Made by a program: the position numbers and the translations under genes. Under the pieces are notes generated by a model that searched no databases, was not told the DNA's origin, and was given only the letters and a program-made list of their open reading frames with translations. Below are positions 24,739 through 38,059 of a stretch of DNA of 64,000 nt, one piece after another (positions within the stretch are counted from its first letter, which is position 1; every line of letters begins with the position of its first letter). This DNA comes from the human T2T-CHM13v2.0 reference genome, Homo sapiens. The stretch is from NCBI RefSeq assembly GCF_009914755.1, contig NC_060926.1; one strand, given 5' to 3'.

Positions 24739-27700
24739 GCCAACCTTATTTTTGTACTCATTAACCAACTTCTGTTTATTCTCTCTCCTCCCTTGCCTTC
24801 CCAGCCTCTAGTAACCACCATTCTACTCTGTCCCTCTGTTAGATATGCTTGTTGATTTCCCACATGAGTGACAACACGCGATATTTATCTTTCTGTGCCT
24901 GGATTATTTTACTAACATAATGACCTTCAGATCCATCCATGTTACTGAAAATGACCGAATTTCATTTTTTTTTATGGCTGAATATTATCTCACTTTGTAT
25001 GTATAAGACATTTTCTCTATCCATTCATCCATTGATGGACACTTAGGTTGATTTCATATCTTGCCCATTGTGAACAGTGCTGCGATAAACATGGGAGCAC
25101 AGAAGCCTTTTTGATATACTGATTTCCTTTCTTTTGGATATATACCCAGCAGTGGGACCACTGGATCACACAGTAGTATCATTTTTAGTTTTTGTAGTAA
25201 ACTCCATACTGTTTTTCATAATGGCTGTACTTTACATTCCCACCAACGGTGTACAAGCATCTTCCCTTCTCCACATCTTTGCTATCATATGTTACTTTTT
25301 GTCCTTTTAATGATAGTTTTTCCAACTGGGGTGAGATGATATCTTATTTTGGTTTTGATTTTCATTTCCCTGATAATTAGTGATGTTAAGCATTTTTTAA
25401 TATACATTCTGGCCATTTGCATGTCTTCTTTTGAGAAACGTCTATTTATGTCCTTTGCCCATTTTTTAATTGAATTGTTTTGGCTATTGAGATGCTTGAG
25501 TTTCTTATATATTCTGATGATTATTTTCCTGCTAGATAGTTAGCTTTCAAATATATTCTCCCATTCTATATGTTGTCTCTTTACTTCTTTATGGTTTCTT
25601 TTGCTGTATAGAACTTTTTCGCTTTACATAATTCCATTTGTTGCTTGTGCCTCAGTTGCCTATGCTTATCAGGTCTTACGCCAAAAATCTTTGTCCTAGA
25701 CCAATGTCCTGTAGTGTTTCCCCAGTGTTTTCTTCTAGTAGTTTCATGGTTTTAGCTCTTAGATTTTTCTAAATATAAGATATTATGTGTAAACAAGGAT
25801 AATTTGACTTCTTCTGTTCTATTTTGAATGGCCATTATTATTTTTCTCTTTTCTAACTGTTCTGTCTAGAACTTGCAGTATTATGTTGAATAAAAGTGAT
25901 AAAAATAGGCATCCTTGTCTCATCCCTGATCTTAGTGAAAAGGCATTCATTTTTTCTCCATTCAGTATCATATTAACTGTGGGCTTATCATATGTAGCCT
26001 TTATTGTGTTGAGGTATGTTCCCTCTACACCCAGTTTGCTGAGGATTTTTGCTGAGGGTTTTTATTATAAAAGGATGTCGAATTTTATTAAATGCTTTTT
26101 CTTCATCTACTAAAACGATTATGCGGTTTTTGCCCTTGATTCTGTTACTGCAAAGTGTTACAGTTATTGATTATGCGTATGTTGAAACATCCTTGCATTC
26201 TTGAAATGAATGTCAATTGATCATGGTAAACGATCTTTTTAATATGTTGGTGAATTCTGTTTGCTACTATTTTGTTGATAACTTTTGCATCTATGTGAAT
26301 CAGTGATATTGGCCTGTAGTTTTCTTTTTTGTGTGTCTTTGGTTTTGGTATCATAGTAATGCTTGCCTTATACAATGAGTTTGAATACATTCCCTCCTCT
26401 TCAACTTTTGAAATACGTTGAGCAGAATTAGTACTAATTCTTCTCTAAATGTTTAATAGAATTCAGTAGTAAAGCCATCAGCTCCTGGGAGTTTCTTGAA
26501 TTAAAGACATTTTGTTGCAGCTTCTATATCTTTGCTTGTTATTCATCTGTTCAGGTTTTCTATTTCCACATGGTTTGATCTTGGTGAAGTTGTGTGGGTC
26601 CATGAGTTCATCCATTTCTTCTAGATTTTCTAATTTGTTGGCATATTGTTGCTAATAGTAGTCTCTAATGATTCTTTAAATTTCTGTGGTATCAACTGTA
26701 ATGTTTCCTTCTTTTGTCTCTGATTTTATTTATTTGGATCATCTATTTTTCCTTAGTCTAGCTAAAGACTTGTTGATTTTGTTTATCATTTCAGAAAAAT
26801 AGCTTTTTGTTTCATTGATCTGTATTTTTAGGCTCAATTTCTGCTCTAATCTTTATCATTTCTTTACTTCTACTAATTTCGAATTTGATTTGTTCTTGCT
26901 TTTGTAGTTCCTTGGGGTGCATCATTAGGGTGTTCATTTGGAATCTTTCCTTTTTTTAACGTAGGCATTTATTTCTATAAAATTCCCTCTTAGTTCCATT
27001 TTGCTGCCTCCCATAAGTTCTGGCATTTTGAGTTTCCATTTTCATCTGTTTTAATTTTTTAAAACTTCCTTCTTAATGATTTCATTGACCTATTGTTCAT
27101 TCAGGAGCATGAATGAACATTGTTCATTTAATAAAATTGTTTAAATTTATATATTAGTAATTTCCAAAGTTTCTATTTGTTATTGACTTCTAGTTTTATT
27201 ATGTGTAGTCAGAAACAATACTTATATGATTTCTAGTTTTTTTTAATTTGTTGAGAATTGTGTGACCTATTATATGGTCTATCCTAGAGTATATCCCATG
27301 TATTCATGAAAAGAATGTGTATTCTGCAGCAGTTGGATAAAATGTTCTGTAAATGTTTGTTAGGTACATTTGGTCTAGAGTATAATTCCAACTTTTTTAA
27401 TTGATTGTTTTCCTGGATGATCTGTTTATTTTTGAAAGTGAAGTGCTAAAGTCCTATACCATTATTGTATTGCAGTCTATCTTTACTTTTAGATCTATTA
27501 ATATTTGCTTTATATATTTGGATGCTCCAGTGTTGGGTGCATATATATTTAGTATTGTTACATTCTCTTACTGAATTGACCGTTTTATCATTATATAATA
27601 ATCTTCCTTGTTTCTTTGTATGAGTTTTGGCCTGAAGTCTTTTTTATTGATATAAGTGTAGCTAGCTCCTACTGTTCTTTTCTGGTTTCAATTTGTGTGG

Positions 27701-28197
27701 AATATCTTTTTTTATCCCTTCACTTTCAGTCTATTTTTGTCCTTATAGATGAAGTGAGTTTCTTATAGGCAGCATGCAGTTGGGTCTTTTAAAAAATCCA
27801 TTCAGCCACTCTACATCTTTTACCTGGAGAATTTAGTCCATTTACATTTATCAGTATCAGTAGGTAAGGACCTACTAATGACGCTTTTTTACTTGTTTTC
27901 TAGTTGTTGTGTAACTACTCTTCATTTTTCCTTTCTTATTATTGGCCTTTGTATTTAAGTGTTTTTCTCTGGTAATATGTTCTAATTAATTGCTTTTTAT
28001 TTTTAGTGTATCTATTGTAGGCTTTTGCTTTGTGATTACTATGAGGCTTATAGAAAACATTCTATAGTTATAGCAAGTATTTAAAACCAGTGCCAACTTA
28101 AGTGTGATAGCAAAAAAAGAGGAAACAAACAAAAAATAGAAAAAACTGTACGCATTGATTTCCTTCTCCATTTTGAAATTTTGATATCATAAGTTAC

Positions 28198-28502
28198 TTT
28201 TTTTTTGTTTTTTTGAGATGGAGTCTCACTCTATCACCTAGGCTGGAGTGCAGTGGCATGATCTAGGCTCACTGCAAACTCCGCCTCCTGGGTTCAAGCA
28301 ATTCTCCTGCCTCACTCAGCCTCCTGAGTAGCTGGGATTACAGGCATGTTCCACCACTCCCAGCTAATTCTTTTTGTATTTTTAGTAGAGATGAGGTTTC
28401 ACCATATTGGCCAGGCTGGTCTCAAACTCCCAACCTTGTGATCTGCCGGCCTCGGCCTCCCAGAGCACTGGGATTACAGGCATGAGCCACCGCCCCTGGC
28501 CC
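28198..28502 (-). mobile_element. AluS (AluSg/Sc-like)
   Basis: Full dimer; accttgtgatc shows the 2-bp diagnostic deletion of Sg/Sc/Y lineages; degenerate flanks ataagttac/acaagtcac. Confidence 0.92.
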
Positions 28503-30249
28503 ACAAGTCACATTTTTATATTGTCTAGCTTTTAATAAGTTGCTATAGTTATTATTTTTAATAGCTTGGCCCTTTAGATTTCCTACCAAAGATATAAGTG
28601 TTTTAAACACCACAATTACGATATTAGTATAATAATTATGCTCGTGACCTTTTTAATCAATTTGAAGAATTCCCTCTAACATTACTTATAGGACTAGTTT
28701 CGTAGCAATAAATTCTCTCATCAGTTGTTTTTCTGGATAAGTCTTTATATTTCCCTCATTTTTGAATGATAACTTTGCTGGGTACAGTATTCTTAGTTGG
28801 CTTTTTTTTCTTCAGTACTTTAAATATATTGTTTCACTCTCTCCTGGCCTGTGAGCTTTCTGCTGAAGTCAGCTGCCAGACTTATTGGTTTTAATTTATT
28901 CCAAATTTTTATTAGTACATACTAGTATGCTAGGTGAGGTGGAGGGTGTGATTAAATTGAGTAATCTCTTCACTTAAAGATTGGTGAAAGAAAATGTCAC
29001 TACTTAGAAAGATAAGCAGTTTTCAACTATGCTCATAAATAATCAAGCTTGTTGTTGGGTGTCCCATTAAGCTGCCATAAAAGAAGTGAAACAGATATGG
29101 CAACCAGAAAAAGAAATTGATCACGTAGAAATAGACTCACTTTTGGTCAACAACTAGTTGGATCTCCACATTCTAATTACGATTTTCAATTAAAAAGTTT
29201 CTTGAATTGACTTTATAAAAGCAACCAGTGATTGGATAAATGTACTTATGTAAAGCAGTTTTACTTGACTCTGCTATATAAACTATATACCAGTGTCATC
29301 GTTTATAATTCTGGCTATTCTTTTCTCATGACTGAAACACTTACCTCCTTATATAAGACCCTTATTTTTGGAGGCCAAGGCTTCTGAAAATTGAATTGAT
29401 TGTCAAAATGTTGAAGTAAAGGAGAATGGACAGCCTTTGGGTGTCATTTATTGAATCTATGGTAAGCTTTGGTGAAAAGATTTCCGCCAATATAAAATGT
29501 AGCACTACAGAGTTCCAGTATCCAGGTCAGAACAATCCCCTTTATTTTATTACATTTTTTCCTCTGTAGAGATAACAGTGTTTTCAGACTGTTTTACTGC
29601 CCTTTATAAACATGCTTTCAAAAGATGATTTTGAGAACCAAATCTTCTTGTTTTTAACTGGTCCTTTCTGATTACCTCGGCAAATGACTAAATCTTATTC
29701 CATGTGAGTGGAGTTTGTGGGAGTCCACAGAATCATTGAGGGTACATTCTGAATGTGTATGGTGAGGCTGACCCTGGCTCTTGCTTCCTTGGGATAACTA
29801 AAGAGAATCCAGGCTTGTCCTGCATCAGTTTCTTTCATTTCTCCACCCTCCATCTAGGATGGTTCCTACTTTGTTAAGTTGACTCTTGAATTTTTACAAT
29901 AGAGAAAATAGTGAAAATATGAAAAAAACAGGTCAGTGAGGGTTTGTAAAAACCAGGACTACAAATTATTGTACAGGGTCATTGAGAAGAGCAGCCTTGG
30001 AAAAACTATATTTCTGATCAGAACTTTTTACTTGATATTTAGCATTTATCAGCTCTATAATAAGGGGAAAATAATCTAATTTCTAAAAGTTTGAAAAGGA
30101 GTTCTTTTTTTGTTGTTATATGTCTTTTCTCTGAAGAAATACAAATAAAAGACAATTTTAAAATTGAATTTGGTTGCATAGACAAAAAAGCAATTAATAT
30201 CTATTTTATCTATTTTGTATTAATTTTTGTATTACCTTTAGCCTGATAC

Positions 30250-30880
30250 ATTATTATTACAACTGTAATTTATAGGCAAGTCTTTCACTAGGCTTAATAT
30301 GTATTTTTATTATATATTACTACAAAAGTATATTTTCTTTTGCATATTTTTAAATTTATGTAAATTTATATATATATTTATATAGCAGTCTTTGTCTTAG
30401 ATATTTTTACTAATCACTTAGATTTTAAGATTTATCCATGTTCCTATGTGTACACTGAATGTAATGCCTTCAAAGGCTATATAAAACTTAAAACTTAACA
30501 TTTTTACTTGTTCACTGTCCTGGTGCTGACCACCAGGTTGCTCTCGGTTCTTAGCTACCATACATTACCCTGCAATGAACATTTTTGTGTATTTTCTTTT
30601 ATTATAGAGCCATGTGAGAATGTATTTGAGGTATATATACAGAAATATATTTGAGATACATGCCCAGGAATGGAAATACTAAGGCAAAATATATGCGTAT
30701 ATTTAATGTGACCATCAGTACCCATCCAGGACAGCTGCTCCAGCTCATGCTTCCTACAGTGAAAAAAAAGGACAATTTTCTATTACATGTAAACACTTGG
30801 CTTTATCCAACTTTCTAATCTTTGCCAGGTTAATAGGTGTATTCTGATGTTTTAATAGGTGTTTTAACTTTGCACAGTGT
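30250..30880 (-). mobile_element. old L1ME-like 3' region fragment
   Basis: ctgcaatgaacatttttgtg, cccaggaatggaaatact, aaacacttggc...tttgccagg. Confidence 0.55.
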
Positions 30881-31860
30881 TATTTTAACTGTCACAATAC
30901 GTTTAGACTGAATTACGTGGATTACAGCTTTGTCAGTACTAAAAGCCTATACTTTCCATTTAGAATAAAACAAATAAGGACTGTACCAGTCAAGGGGAAG
31001 ATGTAAGTCCACATTTGCCTTTTTTTTTTCTTTTGGTTTGGAACACTGGAGAAGGTAAAAGTTAAAGAATCCATGTAGGTAACTGAGAGCTTAGCCCAGT
31101 GGCTCAGAATCCTATAATAACCAACACATCCTTTTATAATCAATGCTTCATAATGCACCTTTACTATTTTGAAATGAAATTTATAGATAGTCTGATTCAT
31201 CAATACAATATTTTTAAAATATTGCACTAATAATTGTATAAAGGGGAAACTTAACGAAAGTAATTCATAATGAAATAACATGCTTCTCAATATGTAAATT
31301 AGCAGGCAGATCTATAATAGAAGACAGAGAGAAACAAATACATGCATCTGTACATAGAATCATAATGAAAGCAACAGCAATAGAAGCTACTTGAAACAGG
31401 TGTATTTTATTAGCAATTTAAATAGTACAGCATTGTTGCTCATGATGTGCTTTTCCAGTAGAGTGAACAATTTTTGGCAGCATTCTTAAAAAGAGTAAAA
31501 CTTTGCCTCAATTTATAGGTTAGTTGCATTTCTGGAACACTCAGTAATATTATAACCTAGTGAAAACTATGTTTTTCATTCAAACATAAAATAAAATTAG
31601 ATTCCAGAATCAAACATTTTTGAACAAGTCTTTCTACCTGCAATAATGTCCAGCAAGATATTAGAAAGTGATGCAAAATGCACATAAATTAATTTTGTGG
31701 GATTCTCTCATGCTCTATTGTGTTTGCTTCTGCCTATGAAAAACCAGAAGCACACCCTTAAGCAAACAAAATATCCATTGGACTTGCAAAACCACTCACT
31801 TGGCTAAAAGAGTCTTGACACCCAGTCTTAGCTTGTATTTACTGGATTTTAAAATTTTAA

Positions 31861-32008
31861 ATTAATTAATTAATTGATTGATTGATTTTTTAGAGATGGG
31901 ATCTCATTATGTTGCCCACACTGTTCTTGAACTACTGGTCTCAAGCAATTCTCCCACCTCAGCCTCCTGAACAGCTGGGATTATAGGCACAAGCCACCAC
32001 GCCCAGCT
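31861..32008 (-). mobile_element. FLAM (free left Alu monomer)
   Basis: Single monomer agagatgggatctcattatgttgccc...aagccaccacgcccagct with (ATTA/ATTG)n tail. Confidence 0.85.
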
Positions 32009-32230
32009 ACTATTTTAAGTAATAGTTAAATCTTCTTAATGTAACAAGTCACTAACTAGTTACTATCCATGCTGAGCACATACCAACTTCTAATTGCTCA
32101 CTTAATTAAATCATATATATAAAACCATGATGTATTTTGTAAAGTGACAAAATTTGATAAAGCTGGGGTGGACCTCTCTCTCTTATTATCTATGACAGAG
32201 ACAGAAATTGCTAAAAATAGAGATCACAGG

Positions 32231-32832
32231 TTTTTTTTAAATTATACTTTAAGTTTTAGGGTACATGTGCACAACATGCAGGTTTGTTACATATATATAC
32301 ATGTGCCATGTCGGTGTGCTGCACCCATTAACTTGTCATTTAACATTAGGTACATCTCCTAATGCTATCCCTCCCCCTTCCCCCTACCCCACAACAGGTC
32401 CAAGTGTGTGATGTTCCCCTTCCTGTTTCCATGTGTTCTCATTTTTCAATTCCCACCTATGAGTGAGAACACGTGGTGTTAGGTTTTTTTGTCCTTGCGA
32501 TAGTTTGCTGAGAATGATGGTTTCCAGCTTCATCCATGTCCCTGAAAGGGACATGAACTCATCATTTTTTATGGCTGCATAGTATTCCATGGTATATATG
32601 TGCCACGTTTTGTTAATTCAGTCTATCATTGTTGGACATTTGGGTTGGTTCCAAGTCTTTGCTATTGTGAATAGTGCCACAATAAACACACGTGTGCATG
32701 TGTCTTTATAGTGGCATGATTTATAATCCTTTGGGTATATACCCAGTAATGGGATGGCTAGGTCAAATGGTATTTCTAGTTCTAGATCCCTGAGGAATCG
32801 CCACACTGACTTCCACAGTGGTTGAACTAGTT
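32231..32832 (-). mobile_element. L1PA (approx. L1PA4/5) 3' fragment, ~600 bp
   Basis: attatactttaagttttagggtacatgtgcacaac...; ORF2 C-terminus WRFLRDLELEIPFDLAIPLLGIYPKDYKSC and MEYYAAIKNDEFMS in ORF track. Confidence 0.95.
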
Positions 32833-32839
32833 AATCTAG

Positions 32840-33030
32840 TCAGGTTTGGATTCCAATTCTGGTTCTCTGGCTAGTACCATGAACTTGATCAAGTTAACCA
32901 ACATCCCTAAGCCTCCAAGCCAACTTGAAAGACTAGGTTGTTGATATTTGCTATATGGCATTGCTGCTTAGTACAAATAAAATAATATATGCACATTCAT
33001 GCCTCAGTGCAGGCAGTCAATGAATGTCAG
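32840..33030 (+). mobile_element. MIR fragment (host of the L1PA insert)
   Basis: tggattccaattctggttctctggctagtaccatgaacttgatcaagttaaccaacatccctaagcctc. Confidence 0.6.
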
Positions 33031-33450
33031 TGTACTTCCAATGATGGATGACATCCCTGTAAATGGACCTCAAGACTTCGACTAGCACAATAGCCATTGT
33101 GCTTTGCATGGCTTTGTCTCGACATAAACAAGACATTATGTTGATTGATCAACCTCTAATTACAGGAGGACAGAATCACTTGAAGTAAAATATTGAGAAA
33201 TTTTAATGTTTTAGTGCAAAAGAGAAAAAGACAGGTTAGTGAGAGGAAATATTCAGAAATAAAGAGGGTTGATGAAACATTTTTGGAATTGGATTTAGGT
33301 ATCTTCTCTCAGATTCATTCTCATTCTGTACCATTCCATCAACCTTAAGATGACAAAGTAACTTGAGTTTCATGTTGGATGTCTAACACCCTCTGAAATA
33401 CTGCACAAGAAGTATGCCATTCTCAGAGTTGGTCTTCATTCTCTGAGGTG

Positions 33451-33452
<2 letters not shown>

Positions 33453-33486
<34 letters not shown>
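33453..33486. repeat. (TG)17 microsatellite
   Basis: pure gt run. Confidence 0.97.
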
Positions 33487-33487
<1 letters not shown>

Positions 33488-34777
33488 TGTAGGGGTGGGC
33501 ATATTTAAAGCACAGCTCTCTATTACATTTTGTGATGAGCTTTAGATTATTAATGTATTTGAGCTCTACTAACTCTCTAATGTGAATTATGTTATTGTAT
33601 ACTATTTAAAACTGTTTTTTTAAAGTAAAGACATGATCTGTCATATATCGTTTATCATGTGAAGTTGGTCCTAAAGTTAATTTTCTAAAATTCTTACTGA
33701 GAGGCCACTCTTGCCCAGGAATCACATTTTAATATTTACCTACATTGTCTTTTAAACAATGAATACATTTTAGAGAAATAGGAACAGCTCCAGAGAGCAC
33801 TTGGCCCCTTTAAGTTCGTCCTGCAATCCATTGTTATTGATGAAGTGCCACATGATAAAGAAAGAGGTTTGCATTCCATTTCCCCTTTTGGAACTAAGGA
33901 CAAGAGCAAGTTTTGCAAAGTGTTTATGCAGTGGTTGGAGATGCCTAGATGAAACATGTAGTAGAAGAGCATGACCCTATAAATGGAGTGCACTGGCTTT
34001 TATCTCTTAGAAGTACAGTCTGATCTTTGCCTCCTGCATCCCTCTAGCTGGGCGCAATAGGATGGGAGGTGTGTGGGAGTGTGCCAGCACACAAGTGTGG
34101 GGAAGGGAGGTGGGCACAGAAAGATGAAAAAAAAGTGGAAGCTCAAAAGTTTCCAGAGTCAGAAACAAGAGGCGTATTGCCAAGGGACAAATTTCCAAAT
34201 AGATTTGATGCTCTTTTATCTTGCTGTTGCTTTTCAAAAGTTGAAAGTTTTTAGGGGCAGATGCAACTGTCTGCATCCAGACAGTCTGTTTGTTTTAATA
34301 GAACACTGCATTCAAAGCATTTTGAACAGTGAGAGTTCAGATGATCTTCTGCCTTTACCTGGAGCAGAGAATAATCTAGTCTCACCCTTCCATTGCTGCC
34401 AAAGTATGTGACTAATTATGGGAGAGAGTTTTTGGGGAGAGGCCAAATGTAGCTGAAGATTAAAGAGACAGAGAGGATAGAGCCTGAACTCTGGATACAG
34501 ATGCCATATGAATTGGGTGCTATAGGACCAGATTGTCATGATGGTAAAGAATAAAAATAAAATGGACTTTTGAACTGGTAAATGGAAAAGTCAAATTCAG
34601 AGAAATAAGGTTAATCAGAAATAAGGTTAAGCCTTGGGGCATAGAAGTTTTTAAAGAGCTATTCAAATAATTAAGACCTTGAGGACCAATAAAAACAAAA
34701 AAGAGGAGAAGGGGAAAAGCATTTGAATTCCTATAGATGCTTTACACCCTCTGCTAAGTGTTTTGTTTTAATCATTG

Positions 34778-34964
34778 AATAACTTCCAAAATGTAGCCTC
34801 TGGACCAGCCACATCAGCACTTCCTGTATACTTAGCGTAAGTGCAAATTCCTGGAGTCTCCCCCAGATTTAGAGCCAGAGCTTCTAGGGGTGGGGTTCAG
34901 TAATTGATACTTTTTAACAAATCTTCCAGAAATTCTGATGTGATCCAAAATTTGAGAACCTCAG
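34778..34964 (+). mobile_element. MER5A DNA transposon within a minus-strand MIR
   Basis: ggaccagccacatcagcac...gcaaattcctggag...ggggtggggttcag...ttctgatgtgatccaaaatttgagaacc. Confidence 0.8.
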
Positions 34965-35417
34965 TGTGAATTTATGTCATCTTCACCAGAGCTCTGTGAG
35001 CTTTTAAGATAATGAAGCATCCCGGTGAGGTTAGGGAACACGTGAGAGGTGGCAGCAGGACTAATATTCAACACTCAAATCTGTTTCATTTCCTGCCCTG
35101 CTTCTTGTCTGATTTTTCCCTCACTGTTCCTCAATAAGAATTACAGGTATTTTGTTGGAATGTAAGAGGAAGGAAGGGATCGTATTCATCATCCAGCAAG
35201 GTGCGGATGCTTTGTGAATAGATGATAAGTGTTAGGTAGGTTAAAAAGACAGAGACTGCAAGCGTTTTAGATTCTGACAAAGGGTTCAATTAAAATTGGT
35301 TTTCTACAGCAAATAACTAGGTACTGACCCAGAAAATGAGAATAGGTTGCCCACAGCAAACAGCTGGATTCTGAGCCAAAAGCACTTCTGAGCCAGGATC
35401 TTTCTGGTTAGTTAGGG

Positions 35418-35578
35418 CAGTGATTTTCACTAAACCAGCAACATTAGCATCCCTTAGAAACGTGTTAGAAATGCAAATTCTGGGCCCAAGAATCAGAAAG
35501 TCTAGTGCGGCCCAGCAATATTGACGTTAGCATACTCTCTAGTTGATTGAGACGCACACTGAAGTGAGAATACCTCTG
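35418..35578 (+). mobile_element. MER5A DNA transposon
   Basis: accagcaacattagcatcc...tgttagaaatgcaaattctgggccc...ggcccagcaat. Confidence 0.8.
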
Positions 35579-36909
35579 GGATAGAGGCACAGTTGGTCTC
35601 AGAGGGAGTACTGAGTGAGGCTGAAAAGAGGTGATTGGTAATAATTGGGTTGAGTAAGTGGGGAAGGCAGGGTGATCAAGGTAAACTATAACATGGAGTC
35701 AGAGAAAGGAAGAATGAGAAAGAGAAAACAGAGAGGCCTCAGAATACTAGCTGGAAAGGAATCTGAAGTCCTCCTTTCCTCTAGCATCTTCTTTTTGCTT
35801 GATCTATGCAAACTGCCTGTCAAAGGGTAATTTATTCACTGTTGGTGAAACAGTTAATGGTTTTGTAATTTTGTTCTGAATAAGAAATTGTACACTTATT
35901 ATTTCATGCATTTAACAGAGCTTGAAATTAACACTGTTGCCAGAGCAGGATTCATGTTGTTACCTCCAGCCCCTGGCAGGAAATGTCCTCTACCAGAGGG
36001 GAGAAGTAGCCTAGTGGTCTTCTGTCTGTGGTGATGCTCTCCGTGTGTCCCCATAACAGAATCAGAAACAATTAGGTTCTGAAGATCATTATCATTTTTA
36101 TTAGCAATGCTTGCTTGTCAAGGTCTGTAATAATCATTTTTCAGTTTTCGAGTTTATTTTGCTGCTTAGTGAGGTTGATTTTAGAAAAGGGATTATGTCT
36201 GATAGCCTAACTCACTATCAAGCAAAATAAATTTAGAATTCTCCCTAAAACTTTTTCTCTATATTCAGATGGGGTCACTTTCCCCACAATGCCAGCCCTG
36301 ACCCCAGGGCACTTTCCAGGGAAAAATGATGTGAAATGAAAGGCCAGGCATTTAGCAACAGCATAGGGCTTCAGCCCACTTACAACTGCAGTGCCCTGGG
36401 GAAGTTTTTGGAGCTCTTGAGCCTCTCTTTTCCCTTACATAAATTGGGGATAGAGAAGCATAATGCAACACTTACCTGTAAAAGTTAAACATGGTAACAA
36501 ATATAAAGAGCCTGAAAGGTCATAATCAAAATTTACTGACCACCTGCTCTGTACTGAATGCATGCTTTACTCAAGATATCTTGAATTTTTAGTCAAGAGT
36601 TTCTCAAACATTCAACTTTTATAACTTTAGTAACACAAAACAATAAAGGATTTCACAACAATCTAGAGTAGAAATGTGGCCTGCAAGTAGCATTACATTT
36701 GTAAGAAAACCTGTATTTCATATTTTAGGTGAATTACATGTTTTGCAAGAACATCATTATTTTTGCTTTTATAAAACTATTTTAAATACTTACTTAAAGT
36801 AAATAAGTCATCAGAGATGTGCTACCTTAGCCCTGTGGATTTAATAATAATACAGTGCAAGGAGACACGATGAAAACAAATGGGAGGGCAAAGCACACCT
36901 CTCCCACCA

Positions 36910-37100
36910 GGGACTAGGTCAGGCACTTCCTTTGCATTAACTTGTCCAATACTCACAATTACCTCGTGTAGTAGGTTCTACTATTATCTACACTTCATAG
37001 CTAAACAAACTATGCTTCAGAGGTTAAGTAAACTTCTTATGATTACAGAGTTTTGAACGGGATAGGGATTGGAACCCTGGAACCCATGTTTTCTGTTTAC
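36910..37100 (-). mobile_element. MIR SINE
   Basis: aggttctactattatc...aaactatgcttcagaggttaagtaaactt. Confidence 0.7.
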
Positions 37101-37876
37101 AGCCCTGGACTCTGTTTCACCTCTCAGTGGAGGTTTTATTTTCCCTTGATTTCTTTCATCACCTATATGTGTTTATTTCTAATTTAACTTACAATTTTTT
37201 TTCACAAATCTTTTCATAGTTTTCATTCTCACTACTCCTGCTTTCATTTAGGATAACTCCACTGGGCAAAGAATTTCAAATAAGTAACCAGTTATTATTG
37301 TGTAATTATTTCTATAATTGAAGACACGTGAAATTTGCTCCTGAATCAATAATAACTTGATGAATGATTAATATACAATCTAACACCAAGATAAACACTT
37401 TGCATAAAAAGATCTCCAATAAGTGCTTATTGAACTTAATAAAAGCTTACAAGTTATAAAAATGAAACTAATTTACTCATCTTAGAAGAAACTTCCAAAT
37501 AGAATAGTTACATGGTAACTGATTAAAATTCAGATGTATTTTTAAAAGCAAGTTGACAAAGTGCTTTAAGTTCCTTCAGCTTAATTTGATTTGTTCGTAT
37601 ACTCCACCACTCATTTATTCATTCATTCAATGAACATTTATCTGGTGCTTATAATGTTACAGAAATCACACTGAATCTCAAAACTGTAAAGAAGAATCAA
37701 GCATACTATTTGCATTTGGAAAATTTAAACGTGTTGACTTAGGCTACTGATATTGTTTGTTTCGTTTCTATATTAGCAAATCTTTAAAAATGGTTATCTT
37801 TGCAATCATCAAACACAAGATTTTTACCAATTTAGACTGAGATATAATTAAGTTAGTTGAACAAGTAGTGTTGAGG

Positions 37877-38059
37877 CAGTGTTAGCAGTTTTTGCAAATA
37901 AAAATAAGGAGCTTTTAATTACATTAAAATTTTCCATAAATAATGCTTTTTTAGTATAAGTAATATACTTATTTAGCATGTATTTACATAAAAAAGTATT
38001 TATTGTTTATCTGGAATTCAAATATAACTTTGTGTTCTGTATTTTATCTGGCAACCCTA
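37877..38059. mobile_element. MER53 palindromic hAT-Blackjack MITE
   Basis: Right end tttattgtttatctggaattcaaatataactttgtgttctgtattttatctggcaacccta and centre tttttagtataagta...atacttat match MER53. Confidence 0.8.

Larger units (their letters stand above)
24262..28886 (-). mobile_element. 5'-truncated L1MA (L1MA4/L1MA5-like) with two Alu inserts and an internal deletion
   Basis: 3' UTR gatcaaatcagggtaattgtaatatccaccacctcaaac; ORF2 remnant 26145-26390 ([31 protein letters not shown]); text runs into ORF1 region near 28.6-28.9 kb. Confidence 0.88.

Noticed and set aside
31470-31820. Possible Charlie/MER113-type DNA transposon relic
   Set aside because: Only a vague resemblance (cagcattcttaaaa start); cannot assign a family without a search.
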